A stretch of DNA of 20,000 nucleotides from Candidatus Eiseniibacteriota bacterium (GCA_043809585.1 JBDROZ010000003.1:44422-64421), one strand, 5' to 3'; shown: positions 8,192 to 16,179, numbered from the stretch's first letter. The notes: generated from the letters alone by a model not told the origin. Numbers and translations are program-made.

Positions 8192-10021
8192 TCAATCCAG
8201 TTCGAACTCGGACCGCCAGTCCGAGTCCCCGTCCAGCGGTTTCTGTTTCGTCTTGTCGAGGACGTAGTTCTCCATCACGAGGTAGTCCATCTCGGTCCGC
8301 ATGAAGCAGAGATACGCGTCTTCCGGCGTGCAGACGATCGGCTCGCCCCGCACGTTGAAGGATGTGTTGATCACCACGGGGCAGCCCGTCTTCCCGCGGA
8401 AGGCGTCGATCAGCCGATGATAGCGGGGGTTCGTCTCCGCCGACACCGACTGGAGGCGCGCCGAGTAGTCGACGTGGGTGATCGCCGGCACCTCGGAGCG
8501 GGGCACGTTCAGCTTCGCGATGCCGAAGAGGCGCTGCTGCTCCTCGGTCATGGGGATCCGCTTCTCCTCTTTGACCCGGGCGACGAGAAGCATGTACGGG
8601 CTCTCCCGGTCGATCTCGAACCACTCGCTCGCCCGCTCGGCGAGGACCGTCGGCGCGAAGGGGCGGAACGACTCCCGGTACTTGATTTTCAGGTTCATCA
8701 CCGACTGCATCGTCCTCGACCTCGGGTCGCCGAGAATGGAACGGGAACCGAGGGCGCGGGGGCCGAACTCCATGCGCCCCTGGAACCAGCCGACCACCTT
8801 CTCGGCGGCGAGGAGTTCCGCCACGCGGTCGAAGAGGGCGTCGTCTTCGAGGCGCTCGAAGGCCGCCCCCTTCTTCTCCAGAAAGGCCCGGATCTTCTCG
8901 TCCTCGAACCGGGGGCCTAGGTATGATCCGCGCTGGGCGTCCCGGCCGGCGGGGGACGGACGGGGTTTTCCGAGATAGCGGTGCCAGCCGAAGAGGGCCG
9001 CGCCGAGGGCGCCCCCCGCGTCGCCCGCCGCCGGCTGGATCCAGATGTCGTCGAAGGGGCCTTCCCGGAGGATCTTGCCGTTGGCGACGCAGTTCAGCGC
9101 GACGCCGCCGGCGAGACAGAGGTTCTTCATCCCCGTCTCCCGGTGGACGGTCCGGGCCATCCGCATCATCACCATCTCCACCACCTCCTGGACCGATCGG
9201 GCGAGATCCATCTCCCGGGGCGTGAGATCGCTCTCCGGCCTGCGGGGCGGCCCGCCGAAGAGATCGGCGAAGCGCCGGTTCGTCATGCTGAGGCCCGAAA
9301 GATAGTTGAAGTAGCGGAGGTCGAGACGGAAGGATCCGTCATCCTTGACGTCGATCAGATGTTCGAGAATCGCGTCCACGTATTTCGGCTCGCCGTAGGG
9401 GGCGAGACCCATCACCTTGTACTCGCCCGAGTTTACCTTGAAGCCGGTGAAGTACGTGAACGCCGAATAGAGAAGGCCGAGGGAGTGGGGGAAATGGATC
9501 TCCTTCAGGATGCGCAAATCGTTCCCCCGCCCGACGCCGTAGCTCGTGGTCGTCCACTCGCCGACGCCGTCGATGGTGAGGAACGCCGCCTCGTCGAAGG
9601 GGGACGGGAAGAAGGCGGAGGCCGCGTGGGACTCGTGGTGCTCCGTGAAGAGGATCTTCCCTTCGTAGTCGAGCTCTTTCCGGATCAGGTCCTTCATGAA
9701 CAGCTTCTGCTTCAGCCAGAGAGGGATCGCCTTGATCAGGGAACGGACGCCGAGGGGGGCGGTCACCAGGTAGGTTTCGAGGATACGCTCGAACTTCGTG
9801 AAAGGGCGATCGTAGAAGACGACGAAGTCGAGGTCTTTCGCGGTGATCCCCCCCTGCCGGAGACAAGACCCGACGGCCCGGTTCGGGAATCGGAAGTCGT
9901 GCTTCTTGCGGCTGAACCGTTCCTCCTGGGCGGCGGCGACGATGCGGCCGTCCCGGACGAGGGCGGCGGCGCTGTCGTGATAGAACGCCGAAATCCCGAG
10001 GATGTTCACGGAAGCGGTCAT
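8192..10021 (-). CDS. O-carbamoyltransferase (NodU/CmcH/SxtI family)
   Basis: ILGISAFYHDSAAAL, EHHESHAASAF, DGVGE, EYKVMGLAPYG, AGGVALNC, GRMEFGPRALG, RESFRPFAP and NTSFN motifs; start set at ATG 10021 after GGAGGA. Confidence 0.95.
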   Translation of the reverse strand: MTASVNILGISAFYHDSAAALVRDGRIVAAAQEERFSRKKHDFRFPNRAVGSCLRQGGITAKDLDFVVFYDRPFTKFERILETYLVTAPLGVRSLIKAIPLWLKQKLFMKDLIRKELDYEGKILFTEHHESHAASAFFPSPFDEAAFLTIDGVGEWTTTSYGVGRGNDLRILKEIHFPHSLGLLYSAFTYFTGFKVNSGEYKVMGLAPYGEPKYVDAILEHLIDVKDDGSFRLDLRYFNYLSGLSMTNRRFADLFGGPPRRPESDLTPREMDLARSVQEVVEMVMMRMARTVHRETGMKNLCLAGGVALNCVANGKILREGPFDDIWIQPAAGDAGGALGAALFGWHRYLGKPRPSPAGRDAQRGSYLGPRFEDEKIRAFLEKKGAAFERLEDDALFDRVAELLAAEKVVGWFQGRMEFGPRALGSRSILGDPRSRTMQSVMNLKIKYRESFRPFAPTVLAERASEWFEIDRESPYMLLVARVKEEKRIPMTEEQQRLFGIAKLNVPRSEVPAITHVDYSARLQSVSAETNPRYHRLIDAFRGKTGCPVVINTSFNVRGEPIVCTPEDAYLCFMRTEMDYLVMENYVLDKTKQKPLDGDSDWRSEFELD

Positions 10022-10254
10022 GGACGATGCGCTCCTCCGGGGCGCGGCGCCCCCTTCTTCGGATCGGCAGGTGACGGGGGACCCCTGAGGGCCACCGGTC
10101 CCGGCCCGGCCGACGGGACTCATTGTAGCGCAAAGGGCAACGGCGGGGTAGCGGGGCGGGAACCCCGGCAGACTGGAGCGGGGAACGCCCGATCGAGTAT
10201 GCTCCGTCCGAGACGAACCGGCTTCGCGTACTTCATGAAGGAGAACGAATCCCC

Positions 10255-10794
10255 ATGCTGAAGAGAGAGAACGCGGTCGTGGTGGTCGTGGACGTTCAGG
10301 ACCGGCTGCTCCCCCATATCCGGAAGCACGAGGAAGTGACGGAGGCGGTGGCGAAGCTGATCCGCGGTTGCAGGGTGCTCGGTGTGCCCGTGGTGGTGAC
10401 CGAGCAGTATCCCGAGGGACTCGGGCCCACGAACCGGCTCTTGAAGGAGGAGTTCGACCGGTGGGAGCCGATCGTGAAGTCGACCTTCTCCTGTTGCGGG
10501 GAGGGTTCCTTCGTGGAGGCGGTGGAGAAGACCGGGCGGAAGGAGGTCCTGCTCTGCGGCATCGAAGCCCACGTCTGCGTTTACCAGACGGCCCGGGACC
10601 TGCTCGAGAAGGGGTACCGGGTGCACCTCCTCGTGGACGGCGTCTCCTCCCGCCGCAAGATCGACCGGAAGACGGCGGTCGCCCGGATGGTGTCGATGGG
10701 CGCCATCCTCGCCACCGTCGAGATGGCCCTCTTCGAGATGCTGGAGGTGTCGGGCACGGAGGAGTTCAAGAAGATCAGCAAGATCGTGAAGTAG
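10255..10794 (+). CDS. Isochorismatase-family cysteine hydrolase (YcaC/ISOC2-like)
   Basis: VVVDVQ, TEQYPEGLGPT, KSTFSC and GIEAHVCVYQT motifs; AAGGAG SD. Confidence 0.92.
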   Translation: MLKRENAVVVVVDVQDRLLPHIRKHEEVTEAVAKLIRGCRVLGVPVVVTEQYPEGLGPTNRLLKEEFDRWEPIVKSTFSCCGEGSFVEAVEKTGRKEVLLCGIEAHVCVYQTARDLLEKGYRVHLLVDGVSSRRKIDRKTAVARMVSMGAILATVEMALFEMLEVSGTEEFKKISKIVK

Positions 10795-10971
10795 GCCGTG
10801 ACCGGAAGCGATTTCTACTGCGGAAGCCGTCCCCGGGCTGCGAGGCCTCCTCTCCGTCGCCGCTTGCTCGAAGTAGCGAAGGCTACGCCTCCGCGAGCGG
10901 CTCGTCCGAGTCGGCCTCTCGCCGACGCGGCCGACTTCCTCGCTACGAAATCGCTTCCGGCCACGACCTAC
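10791..10971. repeat. Palindromic miniature element A (MITE/RPE-like)
   Basis: 25-bp terminal inverted repeats (10791-10815 / 10947-10971, 23/25 match); the whole element folds as an imperfect hairpin capped by gtagc-gaag-gctac; core shared with 15793-16094. Confidence 0.8.
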
Positions 10972-11050
10972 AGGAAGAATGAACAGAGGAAAGGAGGCCT
11001 CGCAGCCCGCGCTCGCGAACCGCAGCAGGAATCCCTCGGGCTCCGCGGGT

Positions 11051-11689
11051 TCAGAGGCCGGCGATTCCGAAAAAGATCGATCGGAAGATCGCGAGGAAGG
11101 GAGTGATGATCAACCAGAGGCCGCCTGTCACGAGAAGTCCGATGACGATGAACATGCCGTACGGTTCGAGGTCCCAGTAGACCTTCGCGACGCTCCGGGG
11201 CACGAAGGGGAGGATCACCCGCGAGCCGTCGAGGGGCGGGATCGGCATCAGATTGAAGAGGGCGAGAAGCACGTTGATCTCGATCGCGTACCTGAGCAAG
11301 TTCGAGGCGATGCTCCCGAACCCGCCCAGTCCGAGCCGGTAGAGGATCGCCGCGACGAAGGCCAGGATCAGGTTCGACGCGGGACCTGCCGCTCCGGTCT
11401 TCGCCATACCCACCATGGGGTCACGGAAATGGGTCGGGTTGATCGGCACCGGCTTCGCCCACCCGAACAGGAACCGGCTTCCGGTAGCGATGAGGGCGAG
11501 GGGGACGAGGACAGACCCGACGATGTCGACGTGGGCGAGGGGGTTCAGGGTAAGGCGCCCGGCCTTCTCCGCCGTCGGGTCTCCGAGACGGTTCGCCACG
11601 TAGCCGTGAGCGAACTCGTGGACCACGATGGAAAAGAAGAGCACGAAGAGAGGCGGCAGCGCTTCGACGACTCCAAAGCTCATGGGCAT
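11051..11689 (-). CDS. Site-2 protease family (M50) zinc metalloprotease
   Basis: HEFAH, GDPT, RLTLNPLAHVD, GWAKPVP, AGPASN and FNLMPIPPLDG motifs; ATG 11689 follows AAGGA. Confidence 0.93.
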   Translation of the reverse strand: MPMSFGVVEALPPLFVLFFSIVVHEFAHGYVANRLGDPTAEKAGRLTLNPLAHVDIVGSVLVPLALIATGSRFLFGWAKPVPINPTHFRDPMVGMAKTGAAGPASNLILAFVAAILYRLGLGGFGSIASNLLRYAIEINVLLALFNLMPIPPLDGSRVILPFVPRSVAKVYWDLEPYGMFIVIGLLVTGGLWLIITPFLAIFRSIFFGIAGL

Positions 11690-11709
11690 GATTTCCTTTC
11701 GGTACTGGT

Positions 11710-11738
11710 AAAGTAGGGGCCCGCCGGGCAAAGCGCAA
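11710..11738 (-). promoter_or_regulatory. Putative sigma70 promoter for the site-2 protease
   Basis: Minus strand TTGCGC-17-TACTTT. Confidence 0.45.
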
Positions 11739-11748
11739 GGGATAAGGC

Positions 11749-12387
11749 ATGGGGAGGGATCCGGACATCTACCGCGCCGTCGACGCGGGCGGGACGGCGG
11801 AGACGAAGGTGAAGGGATCGAGGTTCCTCGGCCTCGCCTTCCCCGCCCCGACGGTCGAGGTCGCGGAGGAGATGATCGAAGCGCTCCGGAAGAAGCACTT
11901 CGACGCCACCCATGTCTGTTTCGCCTGGCGCGTGGGGCACGGACAAGAGGAGGCGCGGAGGATGGCGGATGCCGGGGAACCTTCCGGGACGGCGGGGACG
12001 CCGATCATGCAGGTCCTGGAGCGCTCGGGAGTGTCGGACGGCGGGATCGCCGTGATCCGGTGGTTCGGCGGGGTCAAACTCGGGACGGGGGGCCTCATCC
12101 GCGCCTACGGCGAGTGCGCCGGCCTCGCCCTCGAAGCCGCGACGATCGGAGAGCGCGTTCTCCGGAAGCCTCTCGAAGTGTCTTTCACCTACCCGCAGGC
12201 AAGCGCCGTCCTCCGCCTTGCCGAGAGGTACGGGGCCCTCGCCGACGAGTCCCACTACGGCGAAGAGGCCCGCATCCGCTTCGCCGTCCCCGCGAGCAAA
12301 CTGCCGATCTTCCGGGACGCCCTCGTCGACGCCACCGCCGGCACCATTCGGTTCCTCTCCCAGCCGGGGTCAGACGCCGGTGTCTGA
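11749..12387 (+). CDS. yigZ: YigZ/IMPACT-family protein
   Basis: KGSRF, ATHVCFAWR, DAGEPSGTAG.P and RWFGGVKLGTGGLIRAY motifs. Confidence 0.9.
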   Translation: MGRDPDIYRAVDAGGTAETKVKGSRFLGLAFPAPTVEVAEEMIEALRKKHFDATHVCFAWRVGHGQEEARRMADAGEPSGTAGTPIMQVLERSGVSDGGIAVIRWFGGVKLGTGGLIRAYGECAGLALEAATIGERVLRKPLEVSFTYPQASAVLRLAERYGALADESHYGEEARIRFAVPASKLPIFRDALVDATAGTIRFLSQPGSDAGV

Positions 12388-12494
12388 CCCTAACGAAATC
12401 CGCCACACAGGCTGAGGCCGGCGCGCTGCGGAATTCGCCGCTCCGCCCTAGCCCCCTGGCTCCCGGGCGATCCGTCCGCGGTCTCCTTCTCCTC

Positions 12495-12523
12495 TTGCGC
12501 TTTGCCGCCGCTCCCTATATTTT
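12495..12523 (+). promoter_or_regulatory. Putative promoter giving a leaderless transcript of the metal-uptake operon
   Basis: TTGCGC-17-TATTTT; the ATG at 12531 lies 7 nt after the -10 and has no well-spaced SD. Confidence 0.5.
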
Positions 12524-12530
12524 CCGGGGC

Positions 12531-12818
12531 ATGAGAGTCCTCCGCACCGCTCCGGGCCTGGCGCCTTTCCTCTTTCTCGTACTCCTGGTCGCGGCGGCGC
12601 CCCTGCCGGTTCCCCACGATCATGGCGTCGATGGCGCCGACCACGAGAGATGCCCGATCTGCCTCGCGGCCCATCGGGGGGGCGACGCGATTCTCACGGC
12701 CGGGGCGGTTGTTCCTTCCCCCCTTGTCTCCCGCCCCCTCGCGCCGGCGCCCCCCGCTCCGGCTCCCGTCCCCATCGACGGTCCCCGTCTGGTGAACCGG
12801 GGTCCTCCCTCGCGCTGA
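12531..12818 (+). CDS. Small exported leader protein, DUF2946/CruR-like (signal segment, HxH, CxxC, Pro-rich linker, C-terminal RGPP)
   Basis: 95 aa: MRVLRTAPGLAPFLFLVLLVAAAPLPVPHDHGVDGADHERCPICLAAH...PAPPAPAP...NRGPPSR*; this is the C-terminal part of the longer 12060-12818 track ORF. Confidence 0.8.
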   Translation: MRVLRTAPGLAPFLFLVLLVAAAPLPVPHDHGVDGADHERCPICLAAHRGGDAILTAGAVVPSPLVSRPLAPAPPAPAPVPIDGPRLVNRGPPSR

Positions 12819-12888
12819 TCCGTTTCGACGATCGCCGTCCGCCCTTGGGAGGGGCGGTTCGTGAATGCGGATCTCGCAACCGGGAGGA
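12803..12888 (+). promoter_or_regulatory. SD-sequestering mRNA hairpin (translational attenuator)
   Basis: tcctccc (12803-12809, within the Gly-Pro-Pro codons) complements gggagga (12882-12888, SD of the next gene); gatccgt (12817-12823) pairs with gcggatc (12867-12873), with inner acga/tcgt and tcgcc/ggcgg pairs. Confidence 0.65.
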
Positions 12889-12895
12889 ACGTTCC

Positions 12896-14035
12896 ATGGG
12901 CAAGACTATTCCGGCGGCAACGGCCGCCGTCATCATCCTTCTTCTCATAGGCTCGCCTCCGGCCGCCAGGGCGAGCGCCACGGCGACAGGCGTTTCCCGC
13001 GACTTCAACCCCGCCGTCAGCGTCAACGCGCTCCTTCTCTATCGCTCGGGTCTCGGGGAGACGACGGTGGAGCCCGATTCCGGGTCCGAGGCGGGCCACG
13101 ACCACGGGGCCGCCGGGGACGGCTTCGCCGTCCAGGAGACGGAGCTGCGGCTCACGTCGATCATCGACCCCTACGCGAAGGCGGATTTCGTCTTCGCCAT
13201 GCACGGCACGGACGGCTTCGAGCTCGAGGAAGGGTTCGTCCGCCTGATCTCGCTCCCCCGGGGCCTCGGTCTCCGGGCGGGCAAAGCGTATTTCGAGTTC
13301 GGCAAGCACAACGCCTACCACACCCACCAGTTCCCCTTCGTGGAGCGTCCCTACGCCTGGGACGCCTTGCTCGGCGAACACGGCCTGAACGGCGCGGTGG
13401 TCGAGGCGAGCTGGCTGACGCCCCTCCCCTGGTACGCCGAAGTGATCGCCTACGGGTTCCCGTCCATCGAGACCGTCTACGGCGACCACGAGATCCCGGA
13501 GAACGAGTGGGGAGGCGGGGCGCGAATCCGGCAGTTGTGGGAGGCGGGAGACCGGGCGACGGTCGATCTGGGAGTCTCCTATGCCGGCGGCGACGCACTG
13601 CGCGGCGGGCGCCGTCACTTCACCGGGGCCGATCTCACCTTCAAGTGGAGCGGAACCGGGAGAAACCCGAGGACCTTGGAGATTCAGAGCGAGTGGTTCC
13701 GCCGGATGGAGGACCTCGAGTCTTGGAACCCCCATCAGGACGGCTTCTACGCGCACGCCCTCGGCCGGGTCACCCGCCGGGTCGTGGCCGGCGCCCGGAT
13801 CGACTTCCTCCGGTCCGACGAATTCACCGGATCGGAGGGGGGCGACGTCTTCTCGGAAACGAACCAGGAGAACCCCGACGTCACGACCTTCACCGGGTCC
13901 CTCGCCTTCGTGCCGAGCGAGTTTCAGGCGATCCGGCTCGACGTGATTCACCGGGACTTCGGCGATAGCGACGAGCAGGCGGGCCGGCTCCAGTACAACT
14001 TCACCATCGGCAGCCACCCGGCGCACCGGTACTAG
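12896..14035 (+). CDS. His-rich outer-membrane beta-barrel protein, putative zinc/metal uptake porin
   Basis: Start ATG 12896 after GGGAGG; signal peptide; FNPAVSV, QETEL...IDPY, LEEGF, FGKHNAYHTH and C-terminal LQYNFTIGSHPAHRY; alternating beta-strand pattern; 379 aa with no TonB plug length. Confidence 0.75.
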   Translation: MGKTIPAATAAVIILLLIGSPPAARASATATGVSRDFNPAVSVNALLLYRSGLGETTVEPDSGSEAGHDHGAAGDGFAVQETELRLTSIIDPYAKADFVFAMHGTDGFELEEGFVRLISLPRGLGLRAGKAYFEFGKHNAYHTHQFPFVERPYAWDALLGEHGLNGAVVEASWLTPLPWYAEVIAYGFPSIETVYGDHEIPENEWGGGARIRQLWEAGDRATVDLGVSYAGGDALRGGRRHFTGADLTFKWSGTGRNPRTLEIQSEWFRRMEDLESWNPHQDGFYAHALGRVTRRVVAGARIDFLRSDEFTGSEGGDVFSETNQENPDVTTFTGSLAFVPSEFQAIRLDVIHRDFGDSDEQAGRLQYNFTIGSHPAHRY

Positions 14036-14047
14036 GAGGGCGGACCC

Positions 14048-14965
14048 ATGAGAAGACATGTATTCGCCGCTTCCATCGCCGCGATTCTGGCGTTCGGCGT
14101 TTTCGCCCCCGCCTCGGCGAAGCTGAAGGTGGTGGCGACGCTCGCCGAGATCGGCGCCCTCGCGGAGGAGATCGGAGGGGAGCGGGTGGAGGTCGAAGTC
14201 CTCGCCAAGGGGAACGAGGACCCGCATGTCCTCCCCGCGAAGCCGAGCCACAGCCGCCGTCTCATGAAGGCGGACCTGCTCATCGCGAACGGGCTTCAGC
14301 TGGAGGTAGGATGGCTGCCGCTGCTCATCGAAGGAGCCCGGAACCCGCGCGTCCGCCCCGGATCGCCGGGGTATCTGGAGCTCGGCACGTTCATCGAACC
14401 CCTCGAAGTGCCGACGGGGGCGATCGACCGGAGCGGAGGGGACGTCCATCCCGAAGGGAACCCTCACTTCACCGTCGACCCGGCTGTGTATCCGGCGCTG
14501 GGGGAAGCGGTGGCGGAGCGGCTCTCGACTCTCGATCCCGAGGGTGCGGCATACTACGAGGAGCGGCGGGAGCACTTTACCGCCCATTGGATGGAGGCGC
14601 TCCGGGGTTGGAGAGGGCGGCTCGGCTTTCTCGAGGGCGAGGCGGTGGTGACCTTCCACCAGCAGTGGGAATACTTGGCGCGCACCTTCGGCCTCCGGAT
14701 CCTCGGGAAGATCGAGGACCGGCCGGGCATCCCCCCCACGCCCCGGCATCTCGCCGATCTGGAAAGCACGATCGCGGCCGATGGGGTCCGATGGATCCTC
14801 TACTCCGACCTGACCTACCCGGATGTCCCCGAGAAGGTCGCCGCCCGCACCGGGTGTCGGGCGGTGCGGCTCCCCCAGTCGGTGGACAGCCGGGAGGGGA
14901 CGAAGACCCTGACGGCCTGGTTCGATACACTCGTCGCCGCCTTCGATGCGGCGAAGGAGAATTGA
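14048..14965 (+). CDS. Metal ABC transporter substrate-binding protein (ZnuA/TroA cluster A-I)
   Basis: Signal peptide, KVVAT, EDPH, ADLLIANGLQLE.GW, DVHPEGNPH, FHQQW and PGIPPTPRH motifs; AGGAGG SD. Confidence 0.92.
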   Translation: MRRHVFAASIAAILAFGVFAPASAKLKVVATLAEIGALAEEIGGERVEVEVLAKGNEDPHVLPAKPSHSRRLMKADLLIANGLQLEVGWLPLLIEGARNPRVRPGSPGYLELGTFIEPLEVPTGAIDRSGGDVHPEGNPHFTVDPAVYPALGEAVAERLSTLDPEGAAYYEERREHFTAHWMEALRGWRGRLGFLEGEAVVTFHQQWEYLARTFGLRILGKIEDRPGIPPTPRHLADLESTIAADGVRWILYSDLTYPDVPEKVAARTGCRAVRLPQSVDSREGTKTLTAWFDTLVAAFDAAKEN

Positions 14966-14966
14966 C

Positions 14967-15788
14967 ATGGAATTGGTGCGGCTCATGGCCGCCCCCTTCG
15001 CCGCGAGCGTGGTGCTCGTTCTGATCCACGCCTACCTCGGCGGGCACGTGCTCCGGCGGGGCGTCATCTTCGTCGACCTCGCCATGGCCCAATTTGCCGC
15101 CCTGGGCGCCGCCATCGGCCTGCTGGTCGGGGTCGATCACGACACGCCCCTCGGATACGGCCTCGGTCTCGTCTCCGCCTTCATCGCGGCGGCCCTCTTC
15201 TCCTGGTCGCGGCAGCGCATTCGGATCGTACCCCAGGAGGCGGTCATCGGGATCGCCTACGTGCTCGCGTCGAGCGCGGTGGTGGTGATCGCGGACCGGG
15301 TCCCCCACGGCGCGGAACACATCAAGCACGCATTGGTCGGGACCATCCTTTGGATCGGGTGGGGGGACGTGGCGAAAACGGCGGTTCTCTACGGCGCCCT
15401 CGGGCTCCTCCTCGCCCTCACCCATTCCCGGCTCGAGATCGTCAGCCGGGATCCGGCGGAGGCGAGGCGGCGGGGGATGAACCTATTCGTCTGGGACTTC
15501 CTCTTTTACGGCGTCTTCGCTTTCGTCGTCACGAGTTCGGTGCAGATCGCCGGCGTTCTCCTCGTCTTCACGATCCTCATCGTGCCGTCGGTCTTCACCG
15601 CCTTCGCGGGACTCACGGGCCGGCGGCGACTCCCCGGCGCCTGGATCTTCGGCGTCGCCATGAGCCTCGTCGGCATGATCCTGTCCTTCTATCTCGATCT
15701 GCCGACGGGAGCCACGGTAGTGGTCGTCTTCGGCCTCGCCCTCTTCATCACCACCCTCCTCTTCTCCGGGGAGACACACTTAGTGTAG
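14967..15788 (+). CDS. Metal ABC transporter permease (ZnuB/MntB-like)
   Basis: GGHVLRRGVIFVDLAMAQ, EAVIGIAY, LVGTILW, SSVQIAGVLLVF and DLPTGA motifs; ATG 14967 after AAGGAG. Confidence 0.9.
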   Translation: MELVRLMAAPFAASVVLVLIHAYLGGHVLRRGVIFVDLAMAQFAALGAAIGLLVGVDHDTPLGYGLGLVSAFIAAALFSWSRQRIRIVPQEAVIGIAYVLASSAVVVIADRVPHGAEHIKHALVGTILWIGWGDVAKTAVLYGALGLLLALTHSRLEIVSRDPAEARRRGMNLFVWDFLFYGVFAFVVTSSVQIAGVLLVFTILIVPSVFTAFAGLTGRRRLPGAWIFGVAMSLVGMILSFYLDLPTGATVVVVFGLALFITTLLFSGETHLV

Positions 15789-15792
15789 GTCC

Positions 15793-16094
15793 CTAGCCTG
15801 GATTATGCACAAACCTCCTACTGCGATCTCGGATCGCCGCCTGCGAAGCCTCCTTTCCATCGCCGCCTCCTCGACGGGGCCCGTGGCGCACTTTCATCTT
15901 CTCGCGACCGCTCGGAGCGAGAAGTGTTAGTGCGCCGGGGGAGCCCCCCCGGGCACTAGGGCTTATCGCTTCGATGGGCGCGATAAGCCCAACTGCCCGA
16001 CGGGTCCTTGCCTCCGGTGGCGGCTCGTCCAAGTCAGCTTCTCGTCAGGCGATCCGAGCCCTCGTAACGGAGATTCATGCATAATCCAGGCTAG
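15793..16094. repeat. Palindromic miniature element B (same family as A, with a multi-hairpin insert)
   Basis: Perfect 17-bp TIR ctagcctggattatgca (15793-15809 / 16078-16094); inner pair ctcggatcgcc/ggcgatccgag; core shared with element A. Confidence 0.85.
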
Positions 16095-16179
16095 CGCCTT
16101 TCTTGCGGCCGGGAAGCGTGCCCGGGTGTCCGGGGGATGAAGACGACGGCGGGCACCCCAACAAACCAGAATTAAATGG

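Noticed and set aside
7783-10021. Saxitoxin biosynthesis cluster
   Set aside because: Only the widespread SxtI/SxtJ-like pair is present; no sxtA, sxtG or other core genes.
10798-11106. 102-aa ORF after the isochorismatase gene
   Set aside because: It is a reading of palindromic element A, has no SD and overlaps the protease 3' end.
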